Source of the DNA: Rubripirellula sp.
GTDB taxonomy: Bacteria > Planctomycetota > Planctomycetia > Pirellulales > Pirellulaceae
DNA length: 64,000 bases
Reading direction: 5' to 3'
Assembly: GCA_965216875.1 (NCBI GenBank)
Contig: OZ244207.1
Coordinates: 7,808,001 to 7,872,000, forward strand
Made by a program: the position numbers and the translations under genes. Position 1 is the first letter of the stretch; each line of letters begins with the position of its first letter. Below, piece by piece: positions 8,477 to 18,213 of this stretch. Below the pieces are notes generated by a model. The model was not told the DNA's origin. It was given only the letters and a program-made list of their open reading frames with translations, and did no database searches.

Positions 8477-11055
8477 CCGTGCAGATGGACAATCGTTTCT
8501 TAGCGAAACATCGGGCGGGGATTCGCGGTTCGATCGTTTTCGGGATTACCGTGGTTCTGGGGGTGATCTCTTCGAAGGGCATTGGCGCCGAGCCGCTCGA
8601 CGCCGAAGGCTTTCGGTCGTCTGTGAGGCCGTTCGTTCAACGCTACTGTGTTCAATGCCATGGGCCCGAGTCACAGGAGGCGGACCTGCGGCTGGACGAT
8701 CTCGCCGCCGACTTTTCAGATTCATCGGTGGCGGGCAAGTGGATCGAAGTGATGGACAATCTCAACCTCGGGGAAATGCCACCCGAGGATGAGCCGCAAC
8801 CGCCCGACGAGCTTCGAGCTCGAGTGACGAATTGGATATCAGTGGAACTGAAGCACGCCCAGTTACTCGCCAATGGCACCGGCGGAAGGGTTCTGATGCG
8901 GCGACTTTCCCGCACCGAGTACGCCAATGCGGTGCGAGATCTGCTTGACGTCGAATTCTTGCCAGGGGAAGGGCCCCAGGATTTGTTGCCTCCCGATGGA
9001 ACCCTCAACGGATTCGACAAGGTTGGTAAAGCGTTGTTGCTCGACCCGTCGTTGATGGAAAACTACTTTGCCGTTGCGCAGCGCGTTGCTGAGAAGGCGA
9101 TTGTCACTGGCGCGCCGCCCGTACCCACTCGAATCAATCGGATGGAATACGAAGAAATCAGCGGTGGCATTGAATACATCAAGAAGTCGCGGTCAACCAT
9201 TGTCACGCCCGACGGGATCCTTTCGATGGCCCAGGGGATGCGTTCGGACGAAATGTTGCGTCACCCTTGGAACGACCAACTCATTCCCATTCGGGGCAAC
9301 TACAAACTACGTCTGCGAGTGGGGGCCGATCCCAAAGACCGCGAGGGACTTTACATTCGGGTGAGCCGCGGGGGTGATGGCGATCTGTATGTTGGCAAGG
9401 TGACCGGGACACTTGCTGAACCTGAATTGATTGAAGTTGAGCGCGCGTTCGATGTTCCCGGCAGCAGCGAGATTGGGATTCAATTTGAAAACTCGCCAGA
9501 CTTCGGACGAGTGAACTACCTTTACTCGAAGCTGCGTGAGCAATCCGAAAAAGCGATCGCCAGCAAAGACGCACGACTTGCCGGGCGTCTCCGAGCCCAA
9601 ATGGGCGCTCAAGGTTTTCCCAATCAGGGGCGTCTCAATCCGGAGACGCGAACAACCGATCATCTGCCGCGGATCTTTTTTGATTGGATTGAGCTGGAGG
9701 GCCCGATTTACGATCAATGGCCACCCCGTAGCACGCAGCGCATCTTTTTTCGAGGTTTGCCGGACGCGGATGCAAGTCGCGAGGACCAACTGCTCTACGC
9801 GCATGAAATCTTCGCAAGGCTCCTGCCGCGAGCGTTCCGGCGTCCCGTGCGTCCTGAGGAGATCGCTTCGATTGTTGGCGTCGTGGGAAGCGAATTGGAA
9901 CATGGTGAAACGATGGCATCGGCGACGCAATCTGGTTTGATTGCGATGTTGTGTAGTCCTAGTTTTCTCTTGACCTACGAACCGAATTCACAAAGCGATG
10001 GGGCACCGCGGGGGATCAATGACTTTGAACTCGCAACACGGTTAAGTCTGTTTCTTTGGAGTTCGATACCTGATGATCCGTTGTATCGTCAGGCCATGGC
10101 AAAAGAGTTAAGGGACCAAGAGAATTTGCTGACGCAAGTTCGACGAATGCTCGACGATCCTCGCTCTGACGCTTTGGTTGACGGGTTTGCACGCCAATGG
10201 TTCAAGGCGGACGAGTTTGATCGTTTCGCCATTGATCGAAATCTCTATCGGGACTTTTATCGAACTGAGAACGTTGGCCTTAACGAAGCCATCAACGCCG
10301 AGCCTTTGGAGTTCTTTCGACACATCCTCAATGAAGAGGGGAGCGTGCTCGATTTTCTCGATGCCGATTGGACGATGGCCAACGGAGTGCTGGCGAACTA
10401 CTACGGCATTCCGGACGTCCAGGGCGAACGATTCGTACGCGTTTCCCTTCCGCCCCAGCTTCATCGAGGCGGATTGACAACGATGGCCGCGATTCACAAA
10501 TGGGGCAGTGATGGAAACCGGACGAAACCAGTGGAACGCGGCAAGTACATTTTGGATGTCCTGTTTAACGATCCGCCCAAGCCACCGCCGCCGAACGTCG
10601 GTGAAGTCGAACCCAACGTCAAAGGCGAAGATCTGACAGTGCGACAGCGGTTGGATCAACATCGTACAATCGCCGCGTGTGCGAATTGCCACCGCACGAT
10701 TGATCCGTACGGGCTGGCGCTGGAAAACTTTAATGTGGTAGGAAAGTGGCGGACGAAGCAAGATGGAGAACGCGGGTGGTGGCCAGACGAGGCGGTCATT
10801 GACTCCTCGGGAACGTTACCCAACGGCGTTCATTTTGAAAACGTTGAAGAGTTTCGAGCGGCGTTGCGTCAGCAAGACGATCGCTTTTTGCGTGGATTGT
10901 GCGAGAAGATGTTCACCTACGCCTTGGGGCGGACGGTGGAACCTACCGATCGTGCGACGATTGACCATCTGGTCGACCACGTCAAAAAGAACGGTCACAC
11001 GCTACGAAGTTTGATAGAAGGTATTGTGCTAACGCAGTCGTTTCTGAGCAAATAG
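8473..11055 (+). CDS. DUF1587/1595/1592/1588/1585 protein with planctomycete cytochrome c (CxxCH) motifs
   Basis: CVQCHG near the N-terminus, RRLSRTEYANAVRDLL, LATRLSLFLWSSIPD, PPPPNV, CANCHRTIDPYG, TYALGR. GTGA overlap with the upstream stop. Confidence 0.9.
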   Translation: MTVQMDNRFLAKHRAGIRGSIVFGITVVLGVISSKGIGAEPLDAEGFRSSVRPFVQRYCVQCHGPESQEADLRLDDLAADFSDSSVAGKWIEVMDNLNLGEMPPEDEPQPPDELRARVTNWISVELKHAQLLANGTGGRVLMRRLSRTEYANAVRDLLDVEFLPGEGPQDLLPPDGTLNGFDKVGKALLLDPSLMENYFAVAQRVAEKAIVTGAPPVPTRINRMEYEEISGGIEYIKKSRSTIVTPDGILSMAQGMRSDEMLRHPWNDQLIPIRGNYKLRLRVGADPKDREGLYIRVSRGGDGDLYVGKVTGTLAEPELIEVERAFDVPGSSEIGIQFENSPDFGRVNYLYSKLREQSEKAIASKDARLAGRLRAQMGAQGFPNQGRLNPETRTTDHLPRIFFDWIELEGPIYDQWPPRSTQRIFFRGLPDADASREDQLLYAHEIFARLLPRAFRRPVRPEEIASIVGVVGSELEHGETMASATQSGLIAMLCSPSFLLTYEPNSQSDGAPRGINDFELATRLSLFLWSSIPDDPLYRQAMAKELRDQENLLTQVRRMLDDPRSDALVDGFARQWFKADEFDRFAIDRNLYRDFYRTENVGLNEAINAEPLEFFRHILNEEGSVLDFLDADWTMANGVLANYYGIPDVQGERFVRVSLPPQLHRGGLTTMAAIHKWGSDGNRTKPVERGKYILDVLFNDPPKPPPPNVGEVEPNVKGEDLTVRQRLDQHRTIAACANCHRTIDPYGLALENFNVVGKWRTKQDGERGWWPDEAVIDSSGTLPNGVHFENVEEFRAALRQQDDRFLRGLCEKMFTYALGRTVEPTDRATIDHLVDHVKKNGHTLRSLIEGIVLTQSFLSK

Positions 11056-11097
11056 AGACGAAACAACCAGCAGTTCCCTCAATGGGGTCGACGATCA

Positions 11098-12435
11098 ATG
11101 AGTAAACCAAGTTCCCTGTCTCTGTCGCGACGCACCGTTCTCCGAGGTGCTGGGGCAACGATGGCGCTGCCCATGTTGGAAATCATGATGCCATCGTCGC
11201 GGGCCCTTGCGCAATCGGACGAAGCCATTCCAAAGCGGATTGGGCTTTTCTATTTTGGCACGGGCATGAACATGCGCGAGCTCGAGCCGCACGACGAGGG
11301 CAAGGCCTACACGCTCTCGCCAACGCTCAAGGTGCTTGCGGACCACAAAGACGACTTCACCGTTTTTTCAGGCACTTACCTTGAACATGGTGGTGGCCAC
11401 AACGGCGACTACACGTTTTCGACGGGAGTCAAAGCTCGAGATGGCGGCACGATTAAGAATTCCATTTCGATGGATCAAGTCGCCGCGGAACAGATTGGCC
11501 GGCAAACGCGATTCCCTTCGCTGCAAATGTGCATCGAGCGAGGGACGGGGTTTGGAGCCAATTTGAGAACCCTTTCGTGGAACCGAAACGGTGTGCCGCT
11601 CGCCTCGGAAAACGACCCGCATGTTCTTTTCAATCGGCTCTTCAAAGTGGATGGCCCTGAAGAACAACAACTACGCAAACGAGGTTTTCGACAACGCCGC
11701 AGTATTCTCGATGTGGTCAAGGACGACGCGAAGCGGTTGGAACGCCGAGTTGGCAAGCAGGATCAAGCCAAGTTGAACGAATACTATTCCAGCGTTCGAG
11801 AAGTTGAAAAACAGTTGGAGCGGGATGTTGACTGGAGTATCAAACCGAAGCCTGAAATCGACACGACAGGCATGAGTGACTTCTCGCGAAGTTATCACAA
11901 CCACATGCCGGCTGGACAATTTGTTTACGAAAACTATGCCAAGATGATGTACGACCTCATCGCCCTGGCTTTCGAAACGGATTCCACTCGAGTTGCCAGC
12001 TATGTGGTTCGCCAAGAGAGTTCAGGCGGGACGTTTCCTGAGTTTGGCGTTTCAAAAGGTTTTCATGAGTTGACTCACCACGGCAACGACCCCAAGAACT
12101 TGGCCGAACTCGCCAAGGTCGACCGCATCTATTTTTCGCACTGGGACTATTTCATTCGACGGCTCAAGTCGATGAAGCAAGCGGATGGGAACTCGCTGCT
12201 CGATCATTGCCTGCTTGGGTTTTCCAGCGGGATGGGGATTGGGCATTCCAAAGATCGCCTGCCAACGTGCCTGTTCGGTGGCTCGGCGGCTGGCGTTCAT
12301 CATCAGGGGCATCTGCGTCTACCAGAAAAGACGCCGCTTTCCCGAGTGTGGCACACGATGCTCGATCGGGCGGGTGTGAGTGTTCCCGAAACCTTCCAAG
12401 ATTCCAGCGGCGTGATCTCGGAACTGGTTGGCTAA
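11098..12435 (+). CDS. DUF1552 (HXXSHH-type) protein, Tat substrate
   Basis: SRRTVLRGAG Tat motif, SISMDQVAA, FHELTHH; usual partner of DUF1592 genes. Confidence 0.9.
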   Translation: MSKPSSLSLSRRTVLRGAGATMALPMLEIMMPSSRALAQSDEAIPKRIGLFYFGTGMNMRELEPHDEGKAYTLSPTLKVLADHKDDFTVFSGTYLEHGGGHNGDYTFSTGVKARDGGTIKNSISMDQVAAEQIGRQTRFPSLQMCIERGTGFGANLRTLSWNRNGVPLASENDPHVLFNRLFKVDGPEEQQLRKRGFRQRRSILDVVKDDAKRLERRVGKQDQAKLNEYYSSVREVEKQLERDVDWSIKPKPEIDTTGMSDFSRSYHNHMPAGQFVYENYAKMMYDLIALAFETDSTRVASYVVRQESSGGTFPEFGVSKGFHELTHHGNDPKNLAELAKVDRIYFSHWDYFIRRLKSMKQADGNSLLDHCLLGFSSGMGIGHSKDRLPTCLFGGSAAGVHHQGHLRLPEKTPLSRVWHTMLDRAGVSVPETFQDSSGVISELVG

Positions 12436-12565
12436 GAGTGGTTAGAGGCAACGCACCACTAATCGACTCTTACCGAACACTGATCAAGGTGGCTTGGGCG
12501 ATCGAAATGGCGATATCCAATTGCTTCACGCAGGTCACGTTGACAGGGCAGGCCTGAGTCGAGCT

Positions 12566-13051
12566 CTATTCGATCGCATCTTGACTGCTCGGCCGTGGGA
12601 CGGGCCGGAGGCCGATCGCGGATCGATGGTCGAGAATTTTATGCATTAGGCATTCGCGAGAATCAAAGGGGCATGTGAATTCCTTGGACAGACGTCCTTC
12701 AACGAAACAGCGGCGGGCATCGACGTGCCGTGAACAACCGATGTGGAACGTTCGCAATTGCGTGTCGTACACGATCATCAGTTCTGGATGGTCGAGGAGA
12801 TGTTGGAAATAGTCTTCGCCCCAATCGTCGATTCCAAATGCATTGTCATGAGGAATGAACTTTCCACCGGTGACCTTGGGGCTATCGTCGCCTGAGAACG
12901 TTTCGAAAAGAAACGCTTCACGCCGCGAGTCGCACAGGGACGCCACTTCGCTGCGGTTCGACTCGTCGAGTGATTCCCACCACTGCACTGCATCGTCGAG
13001 CAGGTCTTCCGGCAGACTGTCGATCAGGATGGTCGGTAGTGTCGAAGTCAT
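12566..13051 (-). CDS. Hypothetical protein with a Cys/His-rich C-terminus
   Basis: 161-aa ATG ORF filling an intergenic gap; protein-like composition; HIGCSRH...RC...TCPF...EC. Confidence 0.7.
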   Translation of the reverse strand: MTSTLPTILIDSLPEDLLDDAVQWWESLDESNRSEVASLCDSRREAFLFETFSGDDSPKVTGGKFIPHDNAFGIDDWGEDYFQHLLDHPELMIVYDTQLRTFHIGCSRHVDARRCFVEGRLSKEFTCPFDSRECLMHKILDHRSAIGLRPVPRPSSQDAIE

Positions 13052-13225
13052 GAATGTGGTGCCCCGTTAGATTTTGTGCTCGCCATCCCAGTTGATTCTC
13101 TGCGGGAGAGCTTGGCAGAAACTTTTTCATACCAAAGATCGAACGTATCGTGAATCATCTTCCGCATATCTTCGCGTCGATCTGCGGTGGAATCTCAACC
13201 TCGGAAAATACGGATCCCTCACGTT

Positions 13226-14629
13226 TTAGAGCTGAGGTAATTCGAATCCCACACGCCGTGGCCGCGACAGGAATTGATTGTCCGCGGGGTCTTTGAACGA
13301 TTCCGCTGCGGGGTCCCAATGCAGTGGGTGCTCAATTTGCCTTGCGATGTTGGCCAGGTGGCATGCCGTGATGCTGCGATGGCCAACTTCGGGCGGCGCA
13401 TTGGGAGTGCTGCGCGCCCGCATTGCTTGTTCCCAGTTTTCGATATGGGGACGCGCGACGTGGCCATCGCCGGCCCACCGTTCTTTTTCGTCTTTCGGGG
13501 GCGCGGGCAACAACGAACCGGGTGACGTCTTGTAGTCGTTGCGGGACATTTCCATGGTCCCCTTTTCGCCATGAAAGATCGTTCTGCGAATGCCCGGTTT
13601 GAAATGAATGACTGTGCCGTCGCCGTAAGTCATTTTGATCGGACAAAAACGCGCACGGTCGATTGCCTTGTCTTTGAGTGTCCCGAGAGGCGGTGTTTTC
13701 TCGTGCCATTGATCGTCGACATAGCCGCCAAGGTCGTCAACCAATCGTTCGACACGAGTTGGTCCCGTATCGTCCTTGCCAAGTGCGTATTGCACCATGT
13801 CAACGCTGTGCGCTCCCCAATTGGTCATCAAATGGCCCGAGTAGTCGCGAAATAAATCCCAGCCGCGCCAAACGAGGTAGCCGAAGCGATAAGCATCCTT
13901 GACCCACAAATCCTTGTTGTAGGGGCGAAGAGGCGTGGGCCCGCAGAACATGTCCCAGTTCATCGTGCTGGGGAGTGACTGTTGCGGAAACTCCTTCGCA
14001 ATGACCGGCATCGGTCCAGGCAAGTTGCGTTCTTCCACGAGGTGGATTTTGCCGAGTCCACCGTCGCGAATGAACTCACATGCGCGTTGGTTGATCGACA
14101 TCGTGCGCTGTTGGCTTCCAACCTGAACCACGCGTTTGAGTCGCTGAGCTGCATCGGCGATCGCGCGGCTTTCTTCGATCGTGACGGCCAGCGGTTTTTC
14201 GACGTAGACGTCGGCGCCCGACCGCATGGCGAGTATGGCGGCACCGGCATGATGATGGTCGGGGGCAGCGATGATGATCGCATCAAACTTCTGAGTGCCA
14301 AGCATCTTGCGATAGTCTTGATAGACCTTGCACGTCTTGGCGTCACCCTTGGCGAAACGTTCGAGGATCTTTGTGAATCGCCCCGTAGGATGGGTTGCGG
14401 TCTTGATTTGATCGAGAGAACAATCGCAAAGTGCCGTCACACGAAACGATTCGGGGAGGTTCGCGAGCAGGAACTTCCCCCGCATGCCAATACCGATGAC
14501 TCCAATTTCGATCTTGTCGGAGACAAGAGACGCGGCGGCTCGTGGCATGGTCGACGACATGACCCACGGGACAGCGAGAGCGCCGACGCTCTTGATCGCA
14601 TTACGGCGTGAAGGCTTGGCGGTGGGCAT
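13226..14629 (-). CDS. Gfo/Idh/MocA family oxidoreductase, Tat substrate
   Basis: SRRNAIK Tat motif, IGVIGIGMRG, APDHHH, YVEKPL, QVGSQQR, WGAHSVD. Start trimmed to MPTAKPSRR. Confidence 0.93.
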   Translation of the reverse strand: MPTAKPSRRNAIKSVGALAVPWVMSSTMPRAAASLVSDKIEIGVIGIGMRGKFLLANLPESFRVTALCDCSLDQIKTATHPTGRFTKILERFAKGDAKTCKVYQDYRKMLGTQKFDAIIIAAPDHHHAGAAILAMRSGADVYVEKPLAVTIEESRAIADAAQRLKRVVQVGSQQRTMSINQRACEFIRDGGLGKIHLVEERNLPGPMPVIAKEFPQQSLPSTMNWDMFCGPTPLRPYNKDLWVKDAYRFGYLVWRGWDLFRDYSGHLMTNWGAHSVDMVQYALGKDDTGPTRVERLVDDLGGYVDDQWHEKTPPLGTLKDKAIDRARFCPIKMTYGDGTVIHFKPGIRRTIFHGEKGTMEMSRNDYKTSPGSLLPAPPKDEKERWAGDGHVARPHIENWEQAMRARSTPNAPPEVGHRSITACHLANIARQIEHPLHWDPAAESFKDPADNQFLSRPRRVGFELPQL

Positions 14630-14681
14630 TGGCAGGTCGGCGGTTGTGGTGGTGGGAACTGTGGGTTGCGCAGTCGGTTGG

Positions 14682-15746
14682 TCAAAGTCCCAATGCCGCG
14701 ATCGCATAATCGAGACTCTGTCGAACGTTGGATTGTTCGAGTTCGACTTGCTGTTGTGGATCCATTTTCGATGGGTATTGCAACGATTCGGCTTGGTTGT
14801 CGCGAACGGTTCGCAGCGTGCGCGCGAGGTCCTCGGCCGGTAGGTCTGGAAAAGTGCGCCAGTACTTTTCTTCGAGACACGGCACGTGCAACGGATCGCG
14901 GGTGAGAAGTTCGAGCGTGAAGTGGATCTTTGGCTTGGCATTTCGGAGGATCGTGACGATCTGTTTCAGGTCGATAAAACCTTGTCCGAGCGGGATGTCG
15001 CCAAACAGAAAACCATCTTTGGTCAGCTGCAATGCTTGGTCCTTGATGTGGACTGCGTGCGCCCAGGGAGCAAGTTCGCGGGCTGTCATCACCGGATCTT
15101 CGAGCAACGCAAAGTTGTTACCCGTGTCGACGCAGGCTCCGACATACGGGCTATCGATCCGCTCGAGTGCAGCGACGCGTTCGGCGATGCGATGGTCTTT
15201 GTGGTTTTCGGGTGCGAAGGCGACTTTGTGCTTTTCGGCGACCGGCGCGACAAGCTCGAGAGTCCGGCGAGCCTGTTTGTCGTGTTCGCGATATTGTTCA
15301 AGCGACTCGAAGTACTCGTACCTGCGACCCGTAAAGATCGTCGAACGTACCGCAGGGGCGCCGACAGCTGCAGCCGTTTTCATCTGGGCGTCAAAGTGTT
15401 CGACATCGGATGGTTTTTTCGGGCGTCCTACGATCCCTTCGATATACAGACCCAGCGTGTCCGCTTTTTGCCTGAGTGCCTCGGCGCGGGCTTGGTCCAT
15501 CACGCCAAGCGACAATTGAATGCCCCCGGCGCCGACGGCGGCAGCATGGTCAAGGAACTTCTCGGCAGTGAAATGGTCTTTTCCCGTCTGCTTCTTTTTC
15601 AGTCGTTGTTCGATGCGAACGCAATATTGGCACAGACCCATGAGCGATTGCTTGGCTGCAAAACGGGCAGCAGCAGGTTTGGCTAGCGCCGCAGTGGCTG
15701 TGGTCGCAAGGAGAGATTGAAGGGCGGCGCGACGAGTGACTTGCAT
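14682..15746 (-). CDS. Sugar phosphate isomerase/epimerase-like TIM barrel (AP endonuclease 2 family), Tat substrate
   Basis: TRRAALQ Tat motif; metal-ligand motifs PENHKD, CVDTGN, VHIKD, TLELL. Confidence 0.88.
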   Translation of the reverse strand: MQVTRRAALQSLLATTATAALAKPAAARFAAKQSLMGLCQYCVRIEQRLKKKQTGKDHFTAEKFLDHAAAVGAGGIQLSLGVMDQARAEALRQKADTLGLYIEGIVGRPKKPSDVEHFDAQMKTAAAVGAPAVRSTIFTGRRYEYFESLEQYREHDKQARRTLELVAPVAEKHKVAFAPENHKDHRIAERVAALERIDSPYVGACVDTGNNFALLEDPVMTARELAPWAHAVHIKDQALQLTKDGFLFGDIPLGQGFIDLKQIVTILRNAKPKIHFTLELLTRDPLHVPCLEEKYWRTFPDLPAEDLARTLRTVRDNQAESLQYPSKMDPQQQVELEQSNVRQSLDYAIAALGL

Positions 15747-15897
15747 GGCGAGGGAGAGGTTGGAGACTCGCTTGATTCGGGCGTCGTTCTTGACGAAGTG
15801 GCCCGGGAATAGACAACATCTTAACTAAACACCGACGGTCATATCGGGGCTCGCCACGTGGACGCCCAGCGGCCGGAAACCGAGTGGGAGCAACGAT

Positions 15898-16416
15898 TTG
15901 GCTCGAAACATTGAAATCAAGGCGCGATTGTCCGCCCCGGAGCGACAACTTCAGTTGGCCGAAGCGATCGCTGACCAGCCTCCCCGAGTGATCGTGCAGG
16001 AAGACACGTTTTTCAATTGCACCACCGGGCGATTGAAGCTGCGAGTCTTTGAAGATGGCACGGGAGAGCTGATTCAATACCAACGCGACGATCAGGCGGG
16101 ACCGAAGACGTCGAGCTATGTGTTGTCGCCGACGTCAGATCCCAATTCCCTCAAGACGGCCCTCGATCGAGCGTATGGGGTGCGCGCCGTGGTGCGTAAA
16201 ACCCGCAAGCTATTGATGGTGGGCAGGACACGCATTCACCTTGACAGCGTCGAAGGGCTCGGTGATTTCTTAGAGCTCGAAGTCGTCCTCGAACATGGCG
16301 AGAACGAAGCCGAGGGTCGCCGTGAAGCGGATCAGTTGATGGAGCGACTTGAGGTCACGTCTTCGATGCTGATTGAGTCGGCTTATGTTAATTTGTTAGT
16401 GAGCCGAACGCGCTAG
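15898..16416 (+). CDS. CYTH-family / class IV adenylate cyclase-like protein
   Basis: NIEIKAR (ExExK), QEDTFF, RLKLR, VRKTR, RIHLDSVEGLGDFLELEV. Confidence 0.9.
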   Translation: MARNIEIKARLSAPERQLQLAEAIADQPPRVIVQEDTFFNCTTGRLKLRVFEDGTGELIQYQRDDQAGPKTSSYVLSPTSDPNSLKTALDRAYGVRAVVRKTRKLLMVGRTRIHLDSVEGLGDFLELEVVLEHGENEAEGRREADQLMERLEVTSSMLIESAYVNLLVSRTR

Positions 16417-16423
16417 CGTCGGG
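16400..16423. repeat. REP-like element, family C; overlaps the CYTH stop codon
   Basis: tgagccgaacgcgctagcgtcggg; second copy inverted at 5873-5896. Confidence 0.75.
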
Positions 16424-16506
16424 TCTTTCAGGTGTGTGTTGAAATACTGGCGGCGAGCGCCTTACCGCTCACCAGCGAGACGAACGTAGCCTGTGATTCT
16501 TTGATT

Positions 16507-16568
16507 GTCGCCTTTTGCTCCGCAAAAGTTGCGTTTGTTGACGCTACTTTCGCGGAGCGAAAGGCGAC
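16507..16568. repeat. Inverted REP-like pair, family D (gtcgcctt...gctccgc.aaagt / actttcgcggagcgaaaggcgac); possible bidirectional terminator
   Basis: 28-bp imperfect arms at 16507-16534 and 16541-16568 between convergent genes. Confidence 0.8.
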
Positions 16569-16601
16569 GATTGCACTGTGCCGAAGCCAAAGACGTCTGA
16601 T

Positions 16602-17483
16602 TTAGTCGTCGAGCCATCGTTTGCTTAAGCCTTGGTAATCGTCGATTCGACGATCTCGCAGGAATGGCCAATGCGTGCGAACGAGGTCGATGTCATCGAG
16701 CTGGCAATCGGTGGTGAGGATGCCTGGTGTTGTGTGATCGGCTTCGGCGACGACTTCACCTCGTGGGTTGACGATCAAAGAGGCCCCCCAAAATTCAAGG
16801 CGTTGTTCCACACCTACGCGGTTCGGGGCGCCGAGCCAAAGGCCGTTGCTGATTGCGTGGGCCCGGAGCGCTGTACGCCAAGCATCGTGTTGGCCGGCAC
16901 CGTACTCATCCTTTTCTTCGTCGATCCAACCGATTGCCGTCGGGTAAAGAAGGATCTCGGCGCCAGCCAATGCGAACAAGCGCGCTGCTTCGGGGAACCA
17001 TTGGTCCCAGCAAATCCCGATGCCCAGTTTGGCGTACTTGGTTTCGATGGGTGTGAAGCCCAGATCGCCCGGAGCGAAGTAGAACTTCTCGTAGAAGAGT
17101 GGGTCATCAGGAATGTGCATCTTTCGATACGTTCCGGCGACCGAGCCGTCGGCGTCGAGGACAACGGCCGTGTTGTGGTACAGTCCCGGTCCTCGCTTTT
17201 CAAAAATGGGTACGACGATGACAACGCCGTGTTTGGCCGCAAGCTGTGACATTGCCGAAACGGCGGGTCCATCAATCGGCTGAGCAAAATCAAACTGGCA
17301 ATGATCCTCGGCCTGACAGGGATAGTGACAGTGGAAAAGCTCTTGCAGGCAGATCACTTGCGCTCCATCGGCCGCGGCCTGTTCAATCCAATCGGTCGCG
17401 GTCGCGAGGATCTTCGTACCATCACCGGGATCGCCGTCGACGGCTCGCATTTGAACGAGGCTTAAGCGTACATTGCGTGTCAC
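16602..17483 (-). CDS. aguB: Carbon-nitrogen hydrolase, N-carbamoylputrescine amidase-like
   Basis: Nitrilase triad in CLQELF, YRKMHIPDDP and ICWDQWFPEAAR; C-terminal WPFLRDRR. Confidence 0.8.
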   Translation of the reverse strand: MTRNVRLSLVQMRAVDGDPGDGTKILATATDWIEQAAADGAQVICLQELFHCHYPCQAEDHCQFDFAQPIDGPAVSAMSQLAAKHGVVIVVPIFEKRGPGLYHNTAVVLDADGSVAGTYRKMHIPDDPLFYEKFYFAPGDLGFTPIETKYAKLGIGICWDQWFPEAARLFALAGAEILLYPTAIGWIDEEKDEYGAGQHDAWRTALRAHAISNGLWLGAPNRVGVEQRLEFWGASLIVNPRGEVVAEADHTTPGILTTDCQLDDIDLVRTHWPFLRDRRIDDYQGLSKRWLDD

Positions 17484-17529
17484 GGATTCGATCCAGTTGG
17501 TTGATGGTGCTCAGTTCGGAGAATAGCTA

Positions 17530-18213
17530 GTGACACATGGTAAGCGGCGAACCTTGTTTTTTGCAGGGACCGACACCGACGTTGGCAAAACCTATGTCGC
17601 AGCCACGGTGGCTCGCACTTTGGTGGCAGCTGGCCGTCGTGTAGGCGTTTACAAGCCGGTTGCGAGTGGTTGTCGTGTCGAAGATGACTTTCGCGTTGCC
17701 GATGATGCGTTGGCACTTTGGAATGCCGCGGGGCACCCACAAACTCTTGATGAAGTTTGCCCACAGCGTTTTCTCGCGCCGCTCGCGCCGCCGGTGGCCG
17801 CTGCCGCCGAAGGAAGTGTGGTTGATACCGATCGACTCGTCGATGACGCCGGTGCGTGGGATTCCGACTACGATCCCTTGATCGTCGAAGGGGCTGGTGG
17901 CCTGATGAGTCCAATTGCCGAGGGAATGTTGAACATCGACCTCGTGGCAAAGTTTGAGCCTTGTCGGTTGGTCATCGTCGCAGCGGATCGATTGGGCGTG
18001 ATTCATCAAACGATTGCTACGTGCGAAGCGGCAAAGCACCGAGGCGTCACGCCTCATGGGATCGTGCTGAGCCAGCCTGCTCAGGAGTCGGATGAGTCGA
18101 CCAACAGCAACCTCGAACAATTACGCCGCTACTGTGATGTACCGGTCATCGGCCATGTCGCGTTCGGTCAAACCCGAGTCGACGAGTCGATGATTCAGAA
18201 GTTGCTGAACTGA
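17530..18213 (+). CDS. bioD: Dethiobiotin synthase
   Basis: GTDTDVGKT P-loop, YKPVASG, IVEGAGG, LGVIHQT. Confidence 0.95.
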   Translation: MTHGKRRTLFFAGTDTDVGKTYVAATVARTLVAAGRRVGVYKPVASGCRVEDDFRVADDALALWNAAGHPQTLDEVCPQRFLAPLAPPVAAAAEGSVVDTDRLVDDAGAWDSDYDPLIVEGAGGLMSPIAEGMLNIDLVAKFEPCRLVIVAADRLGVIHQTIATCEAAKHRGVTPHGIVLSQPAQESDESTNSNLEQLRRYCDVPVIGHVAFGQTRVDESMIQKLLN

